DNA from: Chiloscyllium plagiosum | Lineage: Eukaryota | Direction of reading: 5' to 3' | NCBI RefSeq assembly: GCF_004010195.1 | Contig: NC_057718.1 | Coordinates: 22,514,291-22,578,290 of the forward strand | Length of the DNA stretch: 64,000 nucleotides | Shown: positions 53,822 to 64,000 of the stretch, in pieces | Layout of the letters: every line of letters starts with the position of its first letter | Numbering within the stretch: position 1 is the first letter of the stretch | The notes under the pieces: generated by a model | Seen by the model: only the letters and a program-made list of their open reading frames with translations | Told to the model about the DNA's origin: nothing | The model's database searches: none | Program-made: the position numbers and the translations under genes

Positions 53822-54098
53822 TCAAAGTTTGTGCGAAGATTTGTAGCTCGGGTGCTCGTTGCTGTGGTTCTGTTCGCCGAGCTGGAAGTTTTTGTTGCAA
53901 ACATTTCGTCACCTGTCTAGGTAACATCCTCAGTGCTTGGGAGCCTCCTGTGAAGCACTTCTGTGGTGTTTCCTCCGGCATTTATAGTGGCACTATAAAT
54001 GCCGGAGGAAACACCACAGAAGTGCTTCACAGGAGGCTCCCAAGCACTGAGGATGTCATCTAGACAGGGGACGAAACGTTTGCAACAAAAACTTCCAG
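53822..54098. mobile_element. Fold-back Penelope-like pLTR insert (family D), near-perfect palindrome
   Basis: Arms 53880-53989 and 53991-54100; 13-bp direct repeat cttgtgttaatgt at 53809-53821 and 54099-54111. Confidence 0.85.
54044..54083 (+). ncRNA. Minimal hammerhead-ribozyme motif (family D, sense to RYR2)
   Basis: GCA-CTGAGGA-T-GTCATCT(AGAC)AGGGGAC-GAAA-CG-TT-TGC; inverted copy at ~53897-53936; activity untested. Confidence 0.65.
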
Positions 54099-54815
54099 CT
54101 TGTGTTAATGTATTTACGGTTGTTACTGTACAGTGCAAGTTAATTTTCTTTGTGTTTCAAACGGAAAAATAGTTTCCCACTGAATATTCTGATGCTCTGG
54201 CTTGCACACCCCATGCTAAAGACTGAGGCAACATCTTTGTCAACATCTAAGAGTAAGCTGAATGGTTAAAGGAAAGAGGATATGGGTGCACATCAATGCA
54301 GCTCCATTTGGGGATAAATGTTAGCAGGGATAGGTTAGGCTGAATGGCCTCTTCAGTTGTAATTAGGACTAAGTTGCTGTTTTCAAAGAGTTAGATATAG
54401 TTCTTATATAGATTAAGGAATCAAAGGGCATGGGGAGACATCGGGAACAGGATACTGAGTTAGACAATCAGTCATGATTATATTAAATAGTGGAGCAAAC
54501 TCAAAGTGTTGAATGGCTTACCCCTGCTTGTTTTTGAGGTTTCTATGCTTCAAATTCATTGAATGCCGTCTGGACACTGGCGTTTGGAATATTTACAGTT
54601 TGGGGTGTCACTGGCCAGGCCAGCCTTTATTAGTTCAGTTGTCCTCCAGTCAGTTGAATGGCTTGCCAGGATCGTTTCACAAGGTTTAAAGGACAACCAC
54701 ACTGTTGGCCGCAGGTCGGACCAGATCAGCACACATTCCCTACACTAAAGGGCGTTATTCAACCAGATGGCTTTACACAAGAATTTAATTGTTTTGTGAT
54801 CATTAATGGTACTGA

Positions 54816-55523
54816 GGGCAGAAATGTACCGGGGATGTGAGGTGGGCAGATGGACGGATGCTGGATCAGTGGTGTTGGAAGAGCACAGCAATTCAGGCAG
54901 CATCCGAGGACGGGCAAAATCGACGTTTCGGGCAAAAGCCCTTCATCAGGAATAAAGGCAGAGAGCCTGAAGCGTGGACGGATGGCCTGTTCTATCATCT
55001 CCCAACACCATTGGAAGAAATGTTATTGAAGCTGACTTGTTAATTGGAAGCCTGACCCCTGGCCAAAGGATGCTGCGGATAGGCTAAATGAGCAAATTGT
55101 GGGATGTACACCCCTCCCTCTCAGGAGTGCGGGTTGAGACCTGTGGAGGAATGGAGTTTTACAGGGGAGGACAGAGGATGTGGGAGTAATCATGGGACAC
55201 CATCCCCATAATGCAACCCTCTGATGAGTTACCCCTCATTTTTCTTCATGTAGGTTTTTGAAAATTGGCTATCCACATCTGTTTGATGGTCCATGCCAGC
55301 CAAGAGCAACATGTTATTGGGGGCAACTGAGATTTTGCCAAGTTCGATTGACCCTTAATTATTCACTTCCATATAAAGGGTGGGCTGCTAATTGCGATGT
55401 CCACCCACGCTATTATGAGGGTGGATGGCAGGAGTGTAGACTGGGCAGCCCCCCTCTCCTCCCCATTTGACATACTGTCCCACTGAAAGCACACCCAGCA
55501 ATGGGGCATGTAATATCCAGCCC
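54816..55523. mobile_element. Putative non-autonomous DNA transposon (PIF/Harbinger-like termini)
   Basis: GGGCAGAAATGTAC ... GTAATATCCAGCCC imperfect inverted ends; similar GC-rich, ttaattgg-containing pieces at ~4327-4845, 10630-11240, 33560-33830, 38150-38630. Confidence 0.35.
54920..54952 (-). ncRNA. Minimal hammerhead-ribozyme motif with intact core (family A solo pLTR 54861-54974)
   Basis: Minus strand TTC-CTGATGA-A-GGGC(TTTT)GCCC-GAAA-CG-TC-GA; 10-bp direct repeat tggacggatg at 54851-54860 and 54975-54984. Confidence 0.7.
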
Positions 55524-56249
55524 TAGCTTTCTGTTCAGACAGTGAACTGGGTATGAAGTCTGAGTTGTGAAGGGTTTTGAATTCATGTCTACAGATCATT
55601 AATCTAGGCCTTTGGATTACGAGTGCAGTACTAGTACTGGATTGATAGTACTCATTACCAGTATTAAATTCCAATAGCAACAACACTACCATCTACCTGA
55701 TAACATGGAAAATTGCTCTGGTATGGTGTGCCCACAAAATGCAGGATATATCGATTATTGCTACATCAGTCTACTCATCACTAATCAGTGATGAAAAGCC
55801 TCATTAACAGTGCTATCAAGTGGCTCTTATTCTGCAACAACTTCTTTACTGATGATCAGTTTGAATTCTTTTAGGGCCACTCAGTTCCTGATCTCATTAA
55901 TATCTTCGTCCAAATATGCATTCAGTGCTGAGCTCCAGATGTCTCGTAAGAGTGACTGCACGTGACATTAAGGCAGCATTTGACAGACTGTGGCCTTAAG
56001 GAGCAGAACTGATGTCAATGAAAAGCCAGGGAAAATTCTCTGTTTTTGGAGCCTAGGTTCTAGTTATTGAAGGTCAATCATCTCAGTCCTGTGACATGCT
56101 GGCATGAGTTATTCAAGGTAATCACCTAATCATCATCAGCTGCTTCGTCAATAGCCCTCTCATTGTTATGAAGGATTCATGTTGATCAATGAAAGGTTTT
56201 TTGAACAAGGCATTTCTTGGTATTTGCACAGTTCATGATGATTGCTTGG

Positions 56250-58575
56250 AGAAAGGGAGGACTGCAGATGCTGGAGATCAGAGTCGAGAGTGTGGTGCTG
56301 GAAAAGCACAGCAGGTCAGGGAGCATCTGAGGAGCAGGAGAATTGACGTTTCAGGCAAAAGCCTTTCATCATGAATGCGACTTGTGGGCCAGAGGACTGA
56401 GAGATAAATGGGAGGGTATGGGGCTCGGGGGAAGGTAACTGGGAATGCAATAGGTAGATGAATGTGGGGGAGAAGATGATAGTTTGGAGAGGAGGGTAGA
56501 GCGGAGAGATAGGAAGGAAGATGGACATGTAGGACAGTTCAAGAGGGTGGTGCCGAGTTAGAGGGTTGGATCTGGCATAAGGTGGGGAAAGGGGAAATGA
56601 CAAAACTGGTGAAATCCACATTAATTCTGTGTGGTTGCAGGTTCCCAAGGCAGAAGATGAGGTGTTCTTCCTCTAGGCGTCAGGTGATAAGGATTTGGCA
56701 ATGGAGGAGGCCCAGGACCTGCATGTCCGTGGTGGAGTGGGAGGGGAGTTGAAGCATTTAGCCATGGGGGGATGAGGATGATTGGTATGGGTGTCCCGGA
56801 GATGTTCTCTGAAACAATCTGTGAGTTGCTGTCCTGTCCCAATGTAGAGAAGACCACACCAGGTGCAATGGATAAAGTAGATGACATTGGTAGAAGCATG
56901 GGTAAATTTCTGTCGGATGTGGAAGAATCTTTCAGGGCCTTGAGGGGGGAGGTATGCGTGCAGGTTTTGCACTTCCTGTGGTGGCAGGGGAAGGTGGTGG
57001 GAGTGGGTGGATGATGGGGGTGGGGGAGTGTGTCGATCTGACAAGGGTGCCACGGAGGGAATGGTCTCTTCAAGGGCAGAGGTGCGGGAAATGGAGGAGT
57101 GCATTGGAGGGCATCATCGGACCACATGGGAGAGGAAATTGCGGCTTTTGAAAAAGGAGGTCACCTGGGACTTTCTATGGTGGAATTGGTCATCCTATGA
57201 ACAGATGCGGCAGAGGAGTTGGGAATAGGGATGGCGTTTTTACAGGAGGCAGGGTGGGAGGAGTTGTAGTCCAGGTAGCTGTGGGAGTCGTTTTGTAGTA
57301 GATGTTTGTGGTTAGTCAGTCGCCAGAGAGGGAGATAGAGAGATCCAGGATGGGGAGGGGCAGGTGTCTGAAGTGATCCAGGTGAATTTGAGGTTGAGGA
57401 GAAAGGTGTTAGTGAAGTTGATAAACTGTTCAACTTCCTTGTGGGAATACAAGGTAGCGCCGATACAGTCATTGATGTAGCGGAGGAAAAGGTGGGGGAT
57501 TGTGCCAGTGTAGCTGCAGAAGATGGACTGTTCCACCTATCTGACAAAGAGGCAGGCGTGGCTGGGGCCCATGTGGAATGCCCATGGCTACCCCTTTGGT
57601 TTGGAAGAAGTGGGAGGATTGGAAGGAAAAGTTGTTAAGGGTGAGGACCAGTTCCGCCAGGTGGATGAGGGTATCAGTGGAAGGGGACTGGTTGGGACGG
57701 TGGGAGAGGAAGAAACTGAGGGGTTGGAGGCCTTCGTCGTGGCAGAAACGTTTGTACAGGGGCTGGATATCCATGGTGAAGATAAGGCGTAGAGGGTCAG
57801 GGAAACAAAAGTCTTGGAGGAGGTGAAGGGCATGGGTGGTGTCCCAAATGCAGATGGGGAGTTCCTGGACTATGGGGGAAAGGATGGTGTCCAGGTATGC
57901 AGAGATGAGTTCAGTGGGACAACAGCAGACTGAGACAATGGGTCAACTGGGAAGTTAGGTTTGTGAATCTTTGGTAGGAGGTCGAATCAGGCGGTGCTGG
58001 GTTCTCAGACTATGAGGTTGGAAGCTGTGGATGGGAGATTCCCAGAGGTAATGAGGTTGTATATGATTTGGAAGATAATGGTCTGATGATAGGAAGTGAG
58101 GTCGTGGTCGAGGGGACAGTAGGAGGAGGTGTCTGCGAGTTGGTGCCTGGCTTCAGTGGTGTAGAGGTTGGTGCGCCAAACTACCACAGCGCCCCCTTGT
58201 CTGCTGATTTGATGGTGAAGTTGGGGATGGAGTGGAGGGCTGTGTGTTGCGAGGGCAGGAGGTTGGAGTGGGTGATGGGAGTGTTGAGGCGGTTTGTATC
58301 ACTGTGGCAGTTAGAAATGAAGAGGTCAAAGGCAGTTAACAGGCCAGCACGGGGTGTCCAGGTGGATGGAGTGTGTTCGAGGTGGGAGAAGGGGTCCTTG
58401 GTGGGTGTCTTGATTGAAAAAGTGAGCCCGGAGGCAGAGGCGGTGGAAGAAATGTTTGATGTCGCGACATGTGTTAAACTCATTAACCTGGGAGTATAGA
58501 AGGATGAAGATGAGGCCTTTGCTGAGGACTGAACTTTCATTCTCAGTAAGGAGGAGGTCTGGGTCCAGAGTGGCA
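56250..58575 (-). mobile_element. Penelope-like retroelement, 5'-truncated and frameshifted
   Basis: IKSADKG, KGVAMG, LRYIND, NVIYFIHCTWCGLLYIG on minus; pLTR family A at 56250-56375; colinear with 40980-43271. Confidence 0.92.
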
Positions 58576-58838
58576 CCTTGGAGCACTGGAACAGCTACTT
58601 TTCCATTAAAAAACATCTGAAAAGACACTATTGATAGTTCCTGAATGACTGTATGTGTTCAGCAACGTCTATCTTTGTGTGCCAATACATCAGACTGATA
58701 GCCATCTGAACCAAATCAGGATGGTGAGTGATCTGAAGCAGACCTGCAGGTAGTGGTGTTCCCATGCATCTTATCAAACCTGATCGTTTTTGCCTTCAAG
58801 AAATAAGAAGTATTGGTGAAAAGTGTAATGAAACTGTA

Positions 58839-58840
58839 TA

Positions 58841-58871
<31 letters not shown>
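58839..58871 (+). repeat. (TG)n(AG)n compound microsatellite
   Basis: tgtgtgtgtgtgtgtgtgagagagagagag. Confidence 0.85.
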
Positions 58872-58872
<1 letters not shown>

Positions 58873-59814
58873 TGTTGACCAGTTTTGCATGCTGGTTTTG
58901 CAATAAATCATTAAGTTTTGTTTTGTAAAGAAACAAAGTTGGTGGATTGTTGATCGAAAAGATCTGGAGGTCCCCCTGAGACTCAAAATTATAAATGATG
59001 CACTACAGCTCATGAGGTAGAAGACTTTCAATTCATTTTCATTTTCAGTTGAGTCTCAAAATATTGTGTATATGAAACTGAGAACATACAATTTATTAAA
59101 TGCATAATTTTTCTGTGAAAAGTTTGGAAATTAATAAAAATAAGTCTCTGAAAGTAACCAAAGCTCAATCACTAGCATCTTCCAAATCCATACGTTTTAT
59201 CACCTGCAGGGACAAGGAAGAAAAATGCATCAGAACACCATTACCTGCAGGTTCAGTTTTAAACCACTCACCATCCTGATTTGGAAGTTTATCAATGTTT
59301 CTTTACTGTTGCTGGGTTAAGATCCTGGAACTCCCTCCCTTTGTGTGCCACAGCACCAATGAACTGCAGTGCGGTCAAAAAAGATGCTCACCACCACCAC
59401 CTGAAGGGCAATTAGACGTGGAGAATAAACCTTCATGCCCATGATTGCCACATTCCAAGAACAAAACAAATTCAAAAATTAAACTTGCAAACAGCCTTCA
59501 GTGAGTTCTTGCATCGTTATCAACAACTATACACTACTTATTGAAGATATTTTTACTTCACTAATAAGACACCAGTATAGTAAAAGTATCTGCCATGACT
59601 TAGATCTTTGCCCACACAACCCTTACCTGTAGCTGTTATGTTAAGTAGATACAACCCACTCATCCACCCACACCCAATAAAATTATTGCTTAGCTTATTT
59701 AAGGAAGGATGTAAATGCATTGGAAGCGGTCCAGAGACACTTTACTAGATTAATAGGTGAAATGAGCAGGAGGTCTTATGAGGAAGGGTTGGACCAGGCT
59801 AGACTTGTATCCAT

Positions 59815-59915
59815 GGTGAGTCAAGAGTATGGTTCTGGAAAAGCACAGCAGGTCAGGCAGCATCCGAGGAGCAGGAGAATTGACGTTTTGGGCAAGAGGC
59901 ATTCATCACTTCCAT
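59815..59915 (-). mobile_element. Solo Penelope-like pLTR (family A) nested in a CR1 fragment
   Basis: 11-bp direct repeat cttgtatccat at 59804-59814 and 59916-59926. Confidence 0.78.
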
Positions 59916-61629
59916 CTTGTATCCATTGCATCCAAGAGTAAGAGACAAGTTGATTGAAACATAAAGCCTAAGGGATCTTGGCAGGTGAGATGCGAGAGAA
60001 TCTAGAACTAGGGGTTATTGTTCAAAAATCAGGGTTGCCCATTTAAACCAGATATTAAGAAATTTCTTTCCTCATAGAATCTTGAGTCCTCATGAGTCTT
60101 TGGAATTATCCCCCTGAAAAAGTTGTGGAAAATGAGTAAATGAATATTTTGAAGGTAGGGATTGATAGATTCTCGTTAAGCAAGGGGTGACAAAATATTA
60201 TTAGGGTAGGTGAGAAAGTGGGTTTGAGGTTACAATCAAATCAGCCATGAATTATGGATCAGGCTTAAAGGGCCGAATGGCCTACCCTTGTTCCTGATTC
60301 ACATGTACATGACAGGAGGCAAATTAGATGCCCGAGGGTTTAGGATTGAGGAAAATATGGAAAGTAAGTCTTGCATTTCTGTGGCATTCTGATGTCTTCC
60401 AGCCTCAGGATGTTGTGAAACATTTTGTAACCAATGAATTGCTTTTTGAAGTGTTATAATGTAGGAAATGCAGCAGCCATTTGCACATAGCAAACCCCCA
60501 CAAGCAAAATGATAACATGTATGCGATCTATCCTTTAACGAAACAAATTAAAGGATATACATTGATCTCTCTAACTTTTAGTCATTGTGCATGACCTAAT
60601 GATTTAACTTTACAATACCTTCAGTTTTTAATGTGCAACCAGACTTATGCTGTATCTTAAATAATATTTTTACATGATAAAGTCTGAGTTGCTGGTCAGC
60701 TCTGCAACCTAGTATTCCAGAGGGAATGCTGGGGGTACATATTGGCCTGGAACCCGAGGAAATTTCCCCTGCTTTTCTGCTAAATAGTGTCTGGGATCTT
60801 TCAAGACCACTTGAGAAGACAGATGGTGCTTCATTTTAATCTCACTCATCTGAATGATGACACCTCTGAGAAAACAGCATTCCCTCAGGAACACATTGGC
60901 TTGTCTGTCTCGATATTTTATGTTCAGTTTCTCGGGTACAAGCTGACTCGCGACGCAAGAGTGCTATCTGCTCAGCAAGAATTGACACTTAAAGGTCCAT
61001 ATTTGGGACCTTTGCGTTATTTGGGAGAAATGGTGACATACCGGTAAAATCAGGCTGAAGATATAAGTTCACATCCCACCCATTTTCTCACCTACCCCAA
61101 TAATATTTTGTCACCTCTTGCTTAACTAGAATGTATTAACCCCCACCTTCAAAATATTCAATGACTCAGTTTCCACAACTTTTTTCAGGGGGATAGTTCC
61201 AAAGACTCATGAGGACTTGAGACTTTATGAGGAAAGAAATTTCTTAATATCTGGTTTAAATGGGCAACCCCTGATTTTTGAACAATAACCCCTAGTTCTA
61301 GATTCTCTCACATCTAACCAAAGGTCTGTTTCTATGCTGTATGACTGTGTAACTCTAAGTCTGTACTATCAATAATCCAAAATTTCTCTTTAAGGTGGAT
61401 TTAAAACTATTGTGGATATTAACTATGTGAAACTGGTAATGTGCAGTACATAGTATTTCACTATTTTTTTCATAGCCAGCACCAAGAGAAGAGATGCAGT
61501 CGATGTTAACACCACTGCTTTCTCAAGGGAAACTTGGGATGTGCAATAAATGCCAGTTACACTCACATCCCAAGAATGATTAAAATAAAAACATGGCACA
61601 GGCTAATGTAATGGCTTCTTTTTCCCCAG

Positions 61630-61830
61630 ATGTGCCACCTTTTGCAGTATTTGTGTGACTGTCAACTACGACACAGGATTGAAGCCATTGTCGCCTTTTC
61701 AGATGATTTTGTGCTAAAGCTTCAAGACAACCAAAGATTCCGATATAATGAAGTGATGCAGGCATTGAACATGTCTGCTGCATTGACTGCCAAGAAAACA
61801 AAAGAATTCCGATCACCTCCACAAGAGCAA
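61630..61830 (+). CDS. RYR2: RYR2 coding exon (~exon 38)
   Basis: ttttccccag|ATGTGC...GAGCAA|gtaaga; 201 nt; MCHLLQYLCDCQLRHRIEAIVAFSDDFVLKLQDNQRFRYNEVMQALNMSAALTAKKTKEFRSPPQEQ. Confidence 0.96.
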
Positions 61831-62370
61831 GTAAGAACGCCAACAATGGGGTGAATGGATAGATGCTTACTGCCTTTATATGTTGCAGATTTTTCATGAC
61901 CCCTTTCATTTTTGAAGCCTTTAAGGAATCTTATTCTTGATACCTAATATCTTGCTAATTTTTAAACTCTGTTAGCATTTGCATTATCTTAATGTTTTGA
62001 TATAACTGTACAGAGGCCGGTATCCCATCACCAAGTTACCTTTTATTTACATGTGCCAGCCAGCTTGGATTCAGTCCCTGAGGAGCGGAGATTATGAATC
62101 CCCTGTTTATATCTATCAGCCAAGGCTCCCTGATTAGTCCAGGGTCAACAACCCCAGTTGAGGATGTCATAGTCAATATGATCCACCAAACAGTATGTGT
62201 TTGTACTTCAGAAAGTTTGAAACATTGCTGTCAATTACTTCTCGATTAAGCTAAATGGAATAAAAAAATCCACTCATTCTGTTTACTTCATATACTTATC
62301 TTTATATCTTACCAGCTTACTGTCGTATGAGGTTGACCAATTACTCATAACCTAACCTCATAACCACTGT

Positions 62371-62699
62371 GCAGCATGGTGGCTCAGTTAGCATTGCAGC
62401 CTCACATCACCAATGATCTGGGTTCGATTCCAACTTCAGGCAACTGTCTGTGTGGAGTTTGCACATTCTCCCCATGTCTGCGTGGGTTTCCTCCTGGTGC
62501 TCCGGTTTCCTCCCACAATCCAAAAATGTGCAGGTTAGGTGAATTGGCCATGCTAAATTGCCCGTAGTGTTAGGTGCGTTAGTCAGGGGTAAGTATAGGT
62601 AGGGGAATGGGTCTGGGTGAGTTACTCTTCGGAGGGTCGGAGTGGACCTGTTGGGCCGAAGGGCCTGTTTCCATACTATAGGGAATCTAATCTAATCTA
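62371..62699 (+). mobile_element. HE1/V-SINE-like SINE, full length
   Basis: A box tggctcagttag, B box ggttcgattcc, tail (aatct)n. Confidence 0.9.
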
Positions 62700-63209
62700 C
62701 TAACTGGTCACACGTTTGTGTTCAACTCATCAGGCGAATGTAAAAGATCCCATTTCACTCTCTGAAGAAAAGCAGAGGAGTTCTCTTTGGCCTATGTTTA
62801 TCCTTAACACCACATCCCCCTAAAACAGATTATTTGGCCACATTCTCAGTTTTTATGTGTCTTTCCTGTGCACAAAAAATGGCTGCCATTTTTTCTATTG
62901 AGCATACTTTATTGGTGGTAAAACGCTTTGAGATATTCTGAAGCCGTGAGAAAATGACCTGATATATATTGTCTGAAAAGGTTTTGAAGGTGGGTCACAA
63001 GACCCGAAATGTTAACTCTGCTTTCTCTCCAGGATGCTGCCAGACTTGCTGAATTTTTCCATGTAATTTCTGATTCTGTTTCTGATTTCCAACATCCACA
63101 GGTTTTTGGGGTTTTTTTTATATGTAATATCTCTCTCTTTTATCTTCTCTCTATAAACAACCGGGAATAACTTCAGTCTCACTGGCCAAGTGATAATTAG
63201 TAAGACAAC

Positions 63210-63690
63210 TGTCAGAAAGCAGATAGTGGGGATAAAAGGGTCCTTTTCAGGATGGAAGCCAGTGACTAGTGGTGTTCCCCAAGGGTCAGTGTTAGGATCT
63301 CAGCTTTTCACTTTATACGATAATGATCTGGATTAAGGAACTGAGGGCATTCTGGCTAAGTTTGCAGACAATACAAAGATAAGTAGAGGGACAGGTAGTA
63401 TTGACAAGACAGGGAGGCTGCAGAAGGACTTAGGCAGATTAGGAGAGTGGGCAAGAAAGTGACAGATGGAATACAACGTGGGAAAGTATGAGGTCATGTA
63501 ATTTGGTAGGAAGAATAGAAGCACAAACTATTTTCTAGATGGGAAGAAACTTCAGAAATCTGAAGTGTAAAGGGACTTCGGAGTCCTAGCCCAGGATTTT
63601 GTTCGGGTAAACTTGCAGGTTGTGTCCGTAGTTAGGAAGACAAATACAACGTTGACTTTTATTTTGAGAGGACTAGAATGTAAAAGCTGG
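63210..63690 (+). mobile_element. CR1-like LINE RT fragment
   Basis: [12 protein letters not shown]...KFADNTK... readable on plus with stops. Confidence 0.85.
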
Positions 63691-64000
63691 GATGAGGAAG
63701 GGCCACCAGACCCAAACCTTAACTCTGATTTCTCATCACAGATGCTGCCAGACCTGCTGAGCTTTTCTAGAAACTTCTGTTTTCATTACTGTTTTGCGGC
63801 ATCCACAGTTCTTTCATTTTTTATTTGACTTTTCTTAAATTTTAAGTGTTCCCAAGGTTGTTTGGGGTTGTCAGAGTCAAGATGACTTATCTAATGTTGC
63901 TTACCTTCCCAAGCTTTTTGTTGAAGCTCAGGTCCTGGGATATCTGTGTGCCACGTTAGTGCCCCGAATGACAATTTCACTAGCACATGTACGCTCAACT

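Larger units (their letters stand above)
1555..61830 (+). other. RYR2: Ryanodine receptor 2 gene, partial (11 internal coding exons; gene extends beyond both window ends)
   Basis: Eleven AG/GT-bounded exons join in compatible phases (209+175+209+353+118+161+160+87+227+802+201 nt) into a continuous RyR peptide. The DR2 sequence (DADSDFEVLMKTAHGHL...KDYNQEKPSRLKQRF) is RYR2-type; the RYR1-type poly-Glu tract is absent from DR3, and RYR3 lacks this DR2 segment. Confidence 0.95.

Noticed and set aside
53880..54100. Hairpin as a microRNA precursor or classical MITE
   Set aside because: Arms are much longer than a pre-miRNA, the insert is asymmetric (58-bp unpaired extension), has a 13-bp TSD and contains pLTR-type hammerhead cores
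1555..61830. Assignment to RYR1 or RYR3
   Set aside because: RYR2-type DR2 sequence is present, there is no RYR1 poly-Glu DR3, and exon lengths match RYR2 as I recall them
17742..62699. A/B-box sequences as tRNA genes
   Set aside because: They are heads of ~330-bp SINEs continuing into a shared body and LINE-like tail; no complete cloverleaf

Overview
Eukaryotic (vertebrate) genomic DNA; the repeat content (HE1/V-SINE-like tRNA SINEs, CR1/HER1-like LINEs, DeuSINE-like remnants, Penelope-like elements) points to a cartilaginous fish, most likely a shark (inference). The whole window lies inside a + strand ryanodine receptor gene, best matching RYR2. Eleven consecutive GT-AG coding exons (1555-61830, 2702 nt) splice into one open frame covering SPRY2, divergent region 2, SPRY3 and the junctional solenoid/handle; from memory they correspond to human exons ~28-38. 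The introns are dense with decayed retroelements and there are two N gaps. The most notable hidden signal is that at least four sequence-distinct Penelope-like pseudo-LTR families (~20 copies) carry a minimal hammerhead-ribozyme motif (CTGANGA-hairpin-GAAA-palindromic ACGT/AGCT-NUH) whose stems co-vary across families. Several copies are fold-back (palindromic) inserts bounded by 13-bp target-site duplications, including a 110-bp-arm hairpin just downstream of the largest exon. There is also a ~240-bp local inverted duplication upstream of the last exon and a triple-nested CR1/solo-LTR/Penelope insertion.
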